Source: Yuukianura sp. NJ FZ-2021
Taxonomy: Eukaryota
DNA length: 64,000 nt
Reading direction: 5' to 3'
NCBI GenBank assembly: GCA_046563655.1
Contig: CM102283.1
Coordinates: forward strand, 5,394,001-5,458,000
The position numbers and the translations under genes are program-made. Positions 13,482-27,100 of this stretch are shown here, piece by piece. How positions within the stretch are numbered: position 1 is the stretch's first letter; every line of letters begins with the position of its first letter. The notes under the pieces were generated by a model that was not told where the DNA came from, did no database searches, and saw nothing but the letters and a program-made list of their open reading frames with translations.

Positions 13482-14752
13482 TATAAGAGAACCGAACCGC
13501 TTCACTTTCGCTTCAGCTTCTTCTGAGATACTGAGGGTGAAGGATTCAAAAGAATTTGGCCAGAATGCTAGAATGTCCAAGGTTGGAATTTAGAAATCAC
13601 AAGTTAACTCAAGTTAAATCACAATGATTATAAAAATAGGTTTTTCTAATCGTAAATTTTTCATGTCATAGATTTTAGATCAATTTTTTTTTGCTGGAAT
13701 CCATCGAACATCGTCTATCGATTTATTCTATACAAGGGAAATTCGAATTCCAATTCCAAATCCAGAGAGATGACCTCAACTTAATATTTTTACCAAAAAC
13801 CTCTAAGCGCGAAACTATTAGTTTTTAACATTAAAAGTCTTGGAATTTGCAATTAACACGTCCGGAATAATTAACTTTCGGAACACATAACCTCATTCTG
13901 GTGAACCCCGGGTTGGAAGGAAGTCGCGTTGACTCGGGAATGAATTTGCGTTTGGGTTAATGAAAACAAAATGGAGCATCTACAGTGATCATGTTTAATA
14001 AGGAATGTGGAACCCTATGTATAGAAAACCTAATTAAAACTGGTTTTGTCAACATATTAACTTTAGTGCGTAGAACTTCTTCAAAGCTGAGTTCAAGATT
14101 ATCCAGGAAATGATTCGATTCAAGTATTTCTGGCAAGTATGGACAATTGAGTTGAAGACGCAAAACCTAATGACGTGCATAACACGAATATTCAAAATCT
14201 ATTCGTCTCAAAGTCAGAGTTGAATGGTAGTAAGCTGGCCGCCAAAACAACGTAAAAACTGGTTTTCGCAATGCAAACTGAATGCAATTTGCATCGGTTG
14301 ACCTTCCACAGTCTAAAGTCATTATAATGATTAATCTTTCGATGTAATGTCTGTCGAGTACAAATACAAGAAGAATATGTATGTATAAATTCGTCAAAAC
14401 AAATTAGAGCAGTCAAGAATTTACAAACATGACATTTATGACAATTATTTTATTATTAATATTTATATATTTAATATATTCTATATATTTGTATTATTTT
14501 AGACAATTTATGACATTCTAAGAATAGTTCAAACCAACTCAACTCATTTAATTCCAAATTAATTAACTTGCAATGAAATAAATTTACTTATGAATTAATT
14601 TTAAAATAAATTGATATAATAATGATCAACCTGTTCACCTTTCTGTATTAACTTTATACTTATATTCTATTTATCATATCTAACATATACATAAACCTTT
14701 ATCCTATTTTATACAATGAAGTAGAAATATAAGAACAAACGTTCATAAACGT

Positions 14753-15965
14753 TTACGCTTGGCGTCCACGAGTTAATAGGGACTTTTCGATGCGTTTGCC
14801 ATGTGGATTGTACTCATTCAGGACTTTTTGTATCATGTTTCGTGTAACTAAGTTTGCCAATTTTCGAAAAAATATTGACACAGTGGTCAACCAGAAAATG
14901 AGGCGCATGAGCAGTACTCCCACGCGTTCTCTGTACGGAATAATTTTGTACAGTTCGGTCCCATCAAATCCGTCCAGATACGACTGTTTCATAAAGAAAT
15001 AGAGACTCGACGCAGGACCCAACGTTGGCATCAAAGCGTATGTATTAGCACTGTCGTAGTAGAAACTGTTTTGAATTTCAACTATTCTGGAGTCACGTAC
15101 TAAGAAACTCGGCAAGTATATTTCTCTCCAAATGCGAAGGTAAGCCTCACGTCCAGGACGGTGCAGTGGCAGATTGAACCTGTCTTCCAGTCCAGAGAGT
15201 TGTCCAATCACAGCCCAGAGATGTTCGAATCCATCAGCACCTTCCAAGCCCTCAAGCCCAAACGCCTACACACAAAAATAGCGAAATTCAAAACTAGAAG
15301 TTAAATTTTGTGACAAAGTTCACCTCGGGATTAGCAAATACTGGAAGCAGAAATCCAAGCTGCGTTACGGCAAGGGAAAATTGGCTCATTGGTTCAGGCG
15401 TGTTGTAGGTCAAATTCATTTGCTCAAAAGTGGACCTGTCCAGGAATTGCAGATCTTTCTTCAGCGCGGTAAGAATGGGATTATCAAATGACTCTTCTTC
15501 TTCGTCCAGATAAAAGCTTCCTCCCTTCTGCCTACTGAGCATGAACCGCTTCCGGTACAGTGCGTGTGTCTTTCGCACTCTAACAATGGCCTTGAACCCT
15601 TCAGAGTAGGAGTGGGCGATGTCGGATTCGTACCATCGCAGGAGATGATGCAAAATGGACAGGAGACGTTTTGTTGTTCGCTCGACTCCATGAAATCCGC
15701 GTGTCCTTATGATTGTGCTTGTGACCGGCTTGAAACCGAATCCAAGTCCGAAGTATATTCCATGCGCAAAGACTAATGCGCAGTAATTTCTTGCAAAGAA
15801 TTCCTGACCTGACCTGGTCAAATCGATGTCCAGCCAAGGAATCTCTTTCAAGTCTTGGAAAATTCCGCTGTCACCAGGTACTACTTGACCTTCGGTAATG
15901 ATCGATTCGAGTACTTCGTCTCCTGATAGCCGAAATTTTTTGTTACCCGATGGTAAATTTGCCAT
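14753..15965 (-). CDS. DUF2236 / MpaB-Lcp-like putative haem oxygenase-family protein (exons 15965-15324, 15265-14753)
   Basis: Motifs PWLDIDLTRSGQEFF, KRLLSILHHLLRWY, VRVRKTHA, PMSQFSLAVTQLGF, GFEHLWAVIGQLSGLEDRFNL are typical of the arthropod DUF2236 family. One GT-AG intron. Confidence 0.75.
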
Positions 15966-18119
15966 ATTGGTACGTTCCAAGCGGAATTAAAAAAAATACT
16001 GAGCGTCACAAAATGTCAATTTAAAAAGAGTTTGGATTTTTATTATTGCAATGTTTAACAAAATATAATGTGGAAATATATAACTCGAATTAACAAAATT
16101 ATGTAGAAGGTTCTACCGTAAGTGGATAAATCTACAGAAGACCTCATCTATTTATACGAAAAATGAGACCCAAAGCGCATCCGTCTTCGTTTTACAGACT
16201 TCGGAATGACTTCGGCAAAACGTCTACAATGACGCAATTTTATGTCAATGTTTTAATTAAATTTATGAGCTTTTAACTTGTTTTAAAACTGGAGTTTATC
16301 AACTTTTGGCTTCGGTGAACTAACCTAACCTAACCGGCTGAAGATTTAGCGTCAGAACTCCGGGCATCACTAGGTAATTAGTGTTCGAACGTCATAGGCC
16401 TATGCCTGATTTAGATAAAAAAGAGACATTTTGTGACATCAGGTATGACAAGCAGACAGTATTTGAGTGAAGCAGTAGCTGCACATATGCTTCTGTAATT
16501 AACTGACCTGCCGATTTAACGGCCCAGCGCATGAACTATGGAAATGACGTAGGAATTTAAAACCGGTTAGTTTATTTTACAAATTTTACGTGAACAGTTA
16601 ATACCTCAACGACTGACACATTATCAACCGATCAAGTCCCGGAGACGGGGTTATGCAATGAAACATGCGCCCTGTGATTAATGGATTACAACTGCGAATC
16701 AGAGATCGTTTAAAAATTGGTGAACTCGCTTTCAGAAAACGATAAACAATGTGGAAGGTCACAACGCAAAATCGACAAACCCATGATCCGATGCAATATA
16801 TGGAAATCAAAAGCCAGCACCAGCAACTTAAAAAAGAACGGCTTATTTAACAAAATTATGTTAGGTTGGGTTAGGTCTGTCTGTTTGAACTAAGGTTAGC
16901 ATGTATTATAGCAAGCAATTCTTTATTTGGAGGCTATTTCAAATTTTAAGGACTGCGTATCTTTGATTAATTAGCACCTATCGTTTCTGTTAACAAATGC
17001 AACATTGTTAAATTTGTGTCTAACAAAAGATTTAGGCATATTTGTCGAAACGAAACGTGTATGTTGATGAGCTGGATGCGGGGAACTAAGTTTTGTGACT
17101 TCCCGGCATTTCCCATTTGGCTATGGTCTAACGGGAAATATTGGCAACTCAGACGAATCAGCGGAATAGTAGGGCCAAGTCCAGATAGCAGAATAAAGGG
17201 GTAGTTCATCCCCAGTAACTTCCCACCATCTCCCAGTGGTGGGAACTGATGAACTGGATGCGATGTAAACTGGGCGATTTAAACGTGAACTGAGTGATGT
17301 AAAAATGATTCTGTAGAAAGAGTAGTTTTTCAAATGCTGGTTTTATCACTAACTGTAGAATATGGTAGATTTTTCCAAAAAAAATTTGTGGTAACAATTA
17401 TGCATCAAATCGATAGTCAAAGTGGTGAAAAGAATTACAAAGGCCACCAGATATTTTACTTACTTACTTATTTTACAGATTATGAAACAATAAATTTTAT
17501 GAAAATTAGTTATATTTGGAATTATCAATAGTTTAGTTACTTTTTATTAAGTTGGAAGACAAAGTACGTTTAAATTTTCGCATGTGCAAAAATTGAGTTT
17601 TTGCAACACCTCCCTAAAGCACCCCATAAATTGTGGCAGAGCCTCAGCGGAGGGTGAGTCACTACTGCTTCAAACAGGAACTTCAGATCGCAGTTCAGAC
17701 TTTTAGTCAGGACCCAGCACAGCTGGCATGCCAGAAGTAAGACTATCAATCTTCGGATAGGATATGGGTTATTACCTTACTTAGCACACCGTTCCACACG
17801 GCGATCTCAAAACTCGACTAAAACAAGATTCCTGGAAAGTTAGTGACTGCTGTTTCGCTGGATTTCCTTAGAAGCGCAGTTCATCTTATCAAAGCTTCAA
17901 TTGTAAGATCATGTTTCGCTATTATAGTTCATTTCAAAAGGATTGTAGTTTGTTCATTTTGCATTTGTGGCTGTTGGCCCGTTGGCCGACCCTCGTCGCA
18001 CTCGCAACAGCCTGGTTGACGAATCGTCAATGACGAAGACGATTTACGAAAACCAACAACGGTTATCACGGATATTAAGTGGCTATCACGTTTATTAAAA
18101 TATGTTACCGTTGATTTAG

Positions 18120-21100
18120 ATGCCTAGAGCGAAGAGGAAGAAGCAATCTTCATCGTCGGAGTCCTCAAGGTCTAGAAGTCCTTCGGACCGACGACGTTGT
18201 TACAACAAGCGGCGACGACACGAATCCTCCAGTCCAAGGGAAGTTATTCACTCGGGCGACCCTACTAAGGCCAATGGACCTTACTCCCTTTCCCGGTCTC
18301 GTTCATATTCGGAGTCACCACGTCGACGCCGCCACAGGTAAGCTAAACTGATCATATATTTTTCATATTCATGTTCCTCTACTGTGTCGTCATATATCGT
18401 CCGGAACTATATTACTCTAAACTACTTACTAATTACTCTAATCGACTGCTATAATGAGGAAAGTCCTGACGACGTCTGATGTTTTTGCTTCTTAAACACG
18501 ACTTAGATGTGGGTAAATCTGTTTTTGCCATGTTGACGAAGGTAAAGCCGAGGGTTGGAAACATGGAAATTCGTGAGGGATTTGTTAGTCCGTGTGAGGT
18601 TTGATGAAAACACTTTGATTGACACTGTCATTTATTTGGTCCAATTTAGGTTGGATGGACAAGCATTCGTTCTGAAGCCCGAAGTGACTTCCAGCATCGA
18701 AACATTCAAGTCGCTCCTGTCTACCTTTCTGTTTTAATTTCAATCTTATTGTTTCTTCGACCGGAGATTTTACTATATTTTTGTACCTTAGTCGCTTGCT
18801 GGATCGCTCGAAAGAGTAACGTGCGCGATATTTTTCCAATTTTTTTTAATTTTCCATTCAAGCATTACGCTATGTAAGCGCTAAGCAAACCTACATGTTC
18901 GTCGTTGATTTCAAATTGTTACATTAACTTTAACACCGATGACAGTACCTTGCTTACAAATCGCTGCGCTGTTGTTATAGTTATGTCAGGTACAGTAAGA
19001 TCTACTTCTACATGTCATGAGTTCCTGGTGACATGGCAAGTCCAGGCTTCATTGCCTCGTGTAACGTAACACACTATTTCCTCGTGACACCAACAACTTT
19101 TGTCGAGGTCACTTTCCTTGTTCGCTTTTTCGAAAACGTAGAATCTGATTTTTCGGCTGTTGCTTTGAAAGAACATGAACGTAAATGGGCATAGTATAAG
19201 TTTAGCTCTTAAAAGTGCATCCACTTCATTCCATATTTGAGAGCAGCACGATCAGACAAGTGTGACATAAGTTGAAGACAAGTTTAATACTTTAAAAAAA
19301 TGAAATTTTCTGTTATACCAGCTTTTACTATTGCGCACATCTACTTCTAGTCATTCGTCATTCCGAATTAGTCAACGTTAACATCATAGCTGCCCGAATT
19401 CGGCAGAATTTGTATTTCCTGAAATTGATTGCTCTTTTCCACCTGTCCCTCGTTCCTATACGAATTTGCGAACAAACAGATTAATGTTTTATGTTTTTTT
19501 TTTGCAATCCAGAAACAGGCTAGCGTGAAATTAGCAAGAATCTCATAATGACGTCTTCTTTGCTTTTTTGAATTCTGTTTCTGACTCACATGGTCAGGAA
19601 GAAAGCAGAGGATTCGATGCTTTGTCCAAATGAATTCATTCATTATAAGCAAAACAACCCGGTTGTTTGCGTGCGGAATTACTCCTTTTGTTCACTTTCT
19701 GTTTGTTATGCAATTGTCAATTAGACCTTATTCACATAACACTAATATCATAAATTCATCATGAATACAACGAAGTTAGGATATACTTCTTTTTTTGGGT
19801 TCTAAATGAGCAAAATCTTCCAGCTGCATTGTGTAATACCGTATTGTCTCGCGTATTACAACCGCTTATTATCATATCTCCGTAAAGTAACATTTAAATT
19901 ACAGTTAAATTTCTTTAGTTACTGGTGTAAAGAATCTTTAGTTACTGGTATACCCGTCGTGTGAAATACATTTCGATTTCCAAATAATCGTGCCAAGAAT
20001 GTACGTTGATACACTCTGATTGTGACTTGTTGAGAACCCGTTAGAAACATTTGATTTACATCGGAATTAACTCCATTTCACTAAGGCATTTAGACTTCGT
20101 TTTCAAATTTAAAAATTTAATGATATTTTCAAGTCTATGTGCACAATTTATCTGTTCAATCTTGAGAGAAAAAAATATATTTTCGTCCCAGCTTTTTGAA
20201 AATACACAGATACACGCGTATTATTTGCAAGGAAATACGGTAGACATCAAGTGTTTGCTAATTTTTAGAACGGTTTTAGTTTTTTTTTAATGCAACTACA
20301 GAGAAAAGTGAAAAACATTTCCTATGAAATAGCGTGAACGACAATTTACGTGGTTAGCTTCCGAAATTGGGAAGACAATAAATTTAAAGGAAGACTGAAT
20401 TGATAAGATGGAAGGAAGAGGATGTTCTAGTGAAGATGGGATTGACGCGGTTGTTTGTTCCCTATTTAGGAGTTGCACAAATTATTGTGAATTGTGGTGG
20501 TTGGTGTTGGCTGGTGACGAAGGTCAGGGATTGATATGCCATTGGTCAACGCGGGACAAGGTGCTGAGTAGCTTTTAGCAGTAGTTGAGCAGTTGTTTAC
20601 AAAAATAAGGACACGGTTAGGCAGGGTGCGCGAAGGCTTCAGTGAGACTGCGCGTGTTTAAATAAGGGTGCCTGGCATTGGGATTTATTGTAATGGGAAT
20701 TGGCATAAGCAGTGGAAGTGCTCTGTTAATCCTTCATTGTTCGTCTGCTTCCATTGAACTTTGAATTGGCACTCGACTCAAGGAGTGCTTCTTTGCTAAA
20801 AAGTTTTTAAGTCAAGTCCAAAAAACTACATTAGTGCAAGGGCTATTGTTACCGGCATGGTCATCTTACTTACGTTACCGTTGGATTGATTGACTTGGGG
20901 AGTCTCTCTTTCTCTCCCTGCACTTTATAATCCCATGCTCCCTCTCTCAAGATCAGTCAATCACTCCTAGACTTCGTAACTGTTAAGTTCGTGACACGAA
21001 GTAAAACTATCTACAACACGGCATTCAGATTGGTCCTTTTGACAGTACAAGAAATTGTTAGTGTTTTGTAGTTTTTGAACTTTAACTGTTTTTCGTCAAC

Positions 21101-24100
21101 AGTTTAACTTCCTGTTATTGGTTTGTGATTTTTTTTTGTAAAGAGTCGTTTTAGGTCGTTCCAGGAACGCTCTGGTAAGATGGACGATAATTTGTACTAA
21201 ACAAAATTTATTTTGGTTTTTAATGGACTTCTGAGGGAGTGTTAAAAATTTGCGTACTTGGTGTTTTTGGTACCGTAAAACCCGTCATTACGCAACAGGC
21301 AAAATTCTTCGATTGTTTTTTAAATCGTAAAGTTTCTAATTAAGTGCAGAAACGGTAAACTCAAATCACCGATTCGTTTTTTGGATAGCCTAAACTATGT
21401 TTCAAAATCTCTAAAAATCTTGAAATGTCTTAAGGACGTGTGTTATGCGTCTAATAAACAAGAATAGTTAAATTTAGTAACCACGATAACCGAGCTTGTG
21501 CAGTTAGTAAAAGATGCAGACATCGACAAAAAGAAACACGATCGTGAGTGGTGAAAAAGGATCAGTGCAAAAGATGATCAAAAAAAGTATGCACTTTCAA
21601 ACAAACAAAATACTGACACAAGTTCGGTTGCCGTCGTCTGGGTTTCGTCAACAAATTTTCTGAGGCTGCGACATTGAAATTGAAAAACGGTCTGGGTCAG
21701 CGTAGGAATGTCGTACAATGACCCACAATATATCAAACTTTAGGAAAAGACTTGATCTAGTTTCTCGCTAAAAAATAATTACAAAATTTTAGTTGTAACT
21801 GTAAAAAAAATGGACCCAAACATTCCACCTCCATATTTACATAGATGGAACTAAAACTTTGTAATTTTTTTTTAGCGAGAAACTAGATCAAGTCTTTTCC
21901 TAAAGTTTGATATATTGTGGGTCATTGTACGACCTTTCTACGATGTCCCACATCATTTTCCATTTCATGTGTTACAGTGGCATTTTGACCCCCAGTTTCC
22001 AGGGTGTCCGCACACCTTAAACTTCAAAATTTTGAGTTTTAGCGTGATATCGATATGGTACTATGAGAGTGAAAGAGAAAAAAGTGTTGTGCAATGACGG
22101 GCTTGACTGTACTTTTGAAATTTTACGAACTGGGTGTTTTTTTGTTAATTTGGGTTCAAGAAAACATTAGGAGTACCTTGACGCAGTACCCCAAAGTTTA
22201 CAATTCTTCTAAAGTTTTTGTTTTGTTTTCATGTTTTTGTTTTTACCGTGTTTTTTTAAACAAGTTTTCGGAATTGGATTTGCGAAGTTATTAATTGGAA
22301 AAGTAATTGAAGACAGGGCGTAGGAGAGCGTAGCAGACAGACACGGTAGAAGAGGGTAACGAACCGTTGCTTCCCATGTGTTGGTTGTTTTGTGAGATTA
22401 ATCTCCGCTGCAGCAATTGGAATGACAGTGTGCAGGCCACCTTATCAATTGAGGATTATTGACCTCCAATTCATCAAACCTCCGATTCCGATAGACAATT
22501 GCACCTACCAAAACATAACATGAGTCACAGTAATGTGTAGTAGTTAAACGAATAACAAAGACCACTTTGTTTGTGAGAGCTTTCCTGCATGACGCTTTTG
22601 GGTATTTACATAGTGAGTGATATTGGTGCTCCTGTTTTCCTTTTTGCCAGACTTGATTCCAGAGAATCTAAGGTTAACTTTTAGTTGCGTCAAATTAACC
22701 TTAAGTTGCATCAACAACTTTAGTAGGAAATCCACATCGTTATTCTTCTGGAAAACTACTTTTAATCATACTCACAAGTAAAGTGTATTTATTCTGATGC
22801 AAAACAGGCGTTTATTCTGGTGACGAATCAACCAGGCTAAGTGAAAGTTCCATTTCATAAGCAAATCGTTTGGTACACAAGGCATTTCGTAAGCATACTT
22901 TAAATCTTGTGCAATTAAGTATAAGTTACCTTATTTATTTTTTTGGAAAGTGGGATTTACTGTTAGTTTGGCGCCCTATTTTCAAGACGGTAGTCATGCT
23001 GAGTGTGAGTAATAAACTTGCCTGAAAATTGGCGAGTTTATGAAATTATTGGCTGCGAAATTGCCTGCCCTTATTTTTAGTTCTTGTGCGTTCCTTTTAA
23101 GATAAAAGTTAATAATAGCTAGAATATTTTGCAAATGCGTTTTGTTAATAATCCGCCAACAACAGATATTAATTGAGCTAGAATATTGATGCTAGATGGT
23201 GATTTGAATTGAAAATGTAATAGATGAATGTGCATGTGTAAAGGGTGATACGGAGAGATACACGTTGTTTGCAGATTTCAACACGAAAATCCAGCGACAA
23301 GACGAAGACGTTAGGACAAATTGGATTTTGATGATTAAATGGCGCGTTTATCGAATTTCTATGAGAAAGTCCAGCGAAAGGCACGCTTTGCGTGCGGACG
23401 ATTTGCAATTTAATAATTCTTGATTAATTCGACCAAAACCGTTCTAAGGAAATTATTATAATCCGTCGTTTGCTGAACGTTTTTGTCTAATGTGATATGT
23501 CAAAAACTTTTTGGCGTGCACGGACAGGTTGTCAGGAAAATCCGTTATCTCGTAATTAGTCGGTCCCCACGCTCTAATCCAGAAATTGACGAAAACAAAA
23601 GTCCGAACCGTAATTTGTTTTTGTTTTTGTTTATGAAATTTGGTTTTTCAAAGTCCAAAAATCATTAATCTGCGCATCTGGAACTTTTAAAACTTTTGAA
23701 CGCCATTCAACTCCACACATGTTTAAGGGTTTGTCGGTTTGTGTTAATTTGGTAATGTTGACAAAATGCATTGTTTACTATGCTGAGAATGACGTAATAC
23801 GTGGAAGAACTCTTTAGTGTTCTTAGCCTACTTAGGCGTTATACGAAATAGAAATTGTTAGAGCGAGAAATCAGCGAAACGTAGGAAGTATGTTTGCGTT
23901 TCCGTCCAAAACTGCATTGTTTGTGTGGATAAAAGTGTTTGTTGGGCTGACTGAGTTTGAGCTAATTTGCTAGGTGACTGACCGCCACAAGGAATAAGGT
24001 TTTTGAAGTGGTGTGATTGCGTACTCGTTGAGCGGATTTAGACCTTAGCCCCCCTTCATCTGATTCCATCAGATCCCGTTCATCCATCTTCCGAATGACT

Positions 24101-27100
24101 CACTGTCTCGAAACAATTCAACACAAAGACGAATATCCTAGGTTCCGCAATTCAATGGCCTTAAGCTACGTACAATTTACGAATAATTTATAAGTTGTAA
24201 CATCTTTATCTCAATTGTCTCTTGTACAAGAAACGAATAAATTGAAAGTGAATTTACGAAATTCGGGTATTTCTAAAATTGTCATTTCGAAAATCTTTTG
24301 CATTATCGCGTGTTCTAGTAGGAATTTTTGCTTCTAGACTGAAATTTTTGGGTGTTTTTAAAATAAGTAGTGAAATAGAAATTTTTGTTTCTAGACTGAA
24401 ATTTTGGGTGTTTTTAAAATAGTAGTGAAAGCTTGGAAGTTAGAAATGTGAGGATTTTTGAATGTTTTTGACAGACACGGTTCGTTTGTAAAGTTCATCT
24501 AAGCATTTCAGTTCATGTTTACATTTTAGCTTCCTTTTAGTTTAGTTTTTAGGTTGCGGGGCATGAAAAGTTTGGCGAAAGTAGTAGTGATTTTTAATTG
24601 AAAATTTGCGTTACGGTTTTACGCACAAGTTAGCCATCACTTTTGTTCTTGTTGCGTTTGTTTTTTGAATTGGTTAGCAAGTACCATTTGGAAATTTGGT
24701 AAGTTTTAGGGACAGTTTTTGCGATTGTACGGTAGTTGTTTAGTTAAATGGTGGTGGTTTTGCGGAAATGTGGCAGAGAAAAGTTCTTTGTTGTTGAGGA
24801 AATTAGGTTTTGCAACAACTTCCCTCGGAACCAAGACATGGAACGGAAATAGCCGTGTAGTTACTCCCTCTTTACCGTCTTTTGTGGAATTGTGTTTCAA
24901 AAGGAACTTTCCACTAGAACAGTTCTGATAGGATACAAATCTAAAGTTCGGAATGATTCCGTCCAAAGAACAGGATTCGAGATTCGACGTTATGACGCTG
25001 GCTAGTCAAAGTCAAGGGCACGCCATGATTGACAATGTTGCGATACAGGTTTTATCGACTAAATTTCCTGGACGTTTGGACATAAAAAAGAGACAAAGGT
25101 CATCTTGTCCATTCTTTTTAAATAGTAAAGAAGCAACGGTTTTTTCATATCAAGAAAAGCGCTTTTTTCTTTCCAAACAAAAAAGTGATTTTCTTTTCAA
25201 AAAGTAAAGGCGATTTTTTCCGGACGAGAAAAAAGCATTTTTTCTTCTCGGATGAGCGAAACGATTTTTTTTCTCGGACAAGAAAAACGATTTTTTTGAT
25301 TGGAGAAGAATGAGAAGAAATCGTTTTTTTCATGAACTTGATTTTGATTTTTCTCATTTTGGTTTACCGTTTTGGGCATAGGTTGAGGGTTAATATTTGG
25401 CTAAGCTTGCGTAAGTACTTGTGTTGTGTATGTGATTGAAATGGAGTTAAAAATGGCCACTCCCACTTATTGCGGAAGTATCGACAATCACTCAGAGTCC
25501 ACTCACGTTTCTCCTAATGGATTGAAAATGACCATGTTTAGATCAGCTGATGGGTCTCATTAATTGCGCCCACTTTTTGTAGTCTTTGTACGTCCAGATG
25601 ACATTATAGTCCAGGCAGTTGGTCCAGGAACTCCATCTCTAGCGTCGTCCTCCCGTGGAGTCTGCGCAGTCATCTTGGCCAAAATCAAGACTCAGCGAAA
25701 TGACCGTTATGGGCGTTTTGACCATTTATGAGTAAGAACCAGATTGTTGCGATTTGGTCCTTCAATAATTGTTTACTCTAGGAAATGACACAGTAGAGGA
25801 ACGGTACTAACATTTATAATAGTGGTTGTTAGTTTGTAGTTATGTTTTTTAAATGGATTTTTTATGATTGTCAAGTGATCGTAAGGAGCGTGGACGGAAT
25901 CGTGGCAGAGTTTCAGACTCGTCGTCTAGCTGGAAACCGCCGAGACAACACAAGCTTAGCAAACCGCGACCTGATGCTCAATCGCTCTCTGCGCCGCGCA
26001 ACCGACGCAGAGCTTACATCACAAAAAAGCCTTCAACGCCCTCTAGTGATCAGGTAAATTTTGATTAACGTTTAATTATGATTACGATTTTGCTGCGACA
26101 ATGGCTCCAATCACCTTGTGGAAAATGTTTGTTCAGTTTTTGTAGGTCCAGAAAGTGTAGACATTCACTTTAGCTGTCTTTCTCATTTCGCATACTGTGG
26201 GTTATTTTTGGTGTTGGCGAGGCGTTGTGTTAAGCCGATTGGAAATGACAGTACAGTAGACCCTCGCAAATCGCAACTCTTTTTTCGGGGCAATACTGTA
26301 AAAGTTGAGTTTTAGTGGAAGCTCAGCTTGAAACTGTGGAGGTTTTGTGAAGTCCGATGTAATTTGATGTGGATGTCTGTAAAACTAACAAATCGCAGTG
26401 AGTTGCAATTTGAGAGGGTGTACTGTACTATTGTGTTGAGAAATGACGGATAGCTTGGAATTGACATTTCACAATTGGTTGCCGTTTTATGCTAGTGTGA
26501 AATTTGAAGATGTAGACTAACGTTACATGTTGTGTAACTTTCCAGTGTTCCTTTGTTTGATCTAAATTGTTGAGCCATTGATGAGTCATTCAGTTGTTAC
26601 TTTTAGTTTGAATAATTCCCAAGGACTGTTCCTTTTAGCTCTTCAGTCCAATATTATCATTCTTTTCCTCGTGGTTGAGATAGGCCACTTTGCTACGAAT
26701 TCTGCGTGGTGTCACTTTTTGTTTTGGACGGAATTGTTTATCGGTCAGTTTCTTTCCTGTTGTAGAATTTTAAACCGCAACAGGAGAATTTCGTCATTTC
26801 TGGCCATTGCCCCATTAGTTTTCGTATTCATTGACTCCAGTAACACTGGAAGGAGGAAACTTACTTTCCAGTCATTGCAGGTCAAGCGGAGTAGTCGTGA
26901 CTTTTGAAAACACGGAAGGAGACGCCTTGTGTCCATAAAGAACGTAATTGCGAAATTTCCGTCGTAATTTTTTAATGGACGAGAGTCAAAGACCGAGGAG
27001 TGACTCTGAGGAATCTCCGTTGTCTCTGCTGTATCCTCCTCCTGCTGTCGAAGTAAGCGAGTTTTAGGACCGTGGAACTGCGAATTTTCGTTTCTACCTT

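Noticed and set aside
17203-17256. Hairpin AGTTCATC..TTCCCACCA/TGGTGGGAA..GATGAACT as a possible pre-miRNA
   Set aside because: Large asymmetric bulge and no recognisable mature miRNA; unsupported without small-RNA data.
16000-18100. Short ORFs between the DUF2236 gene and CLK
   Set aside because: No motifs, consistent splice structure or homology recognised.
25140-25350. Degenerate ~25-bp T-run/A-run repeats and Lys/Phe-rich ORFs
   Set aside because: Low-complexity intronic sequence; the ORFs are compositional artefacts.
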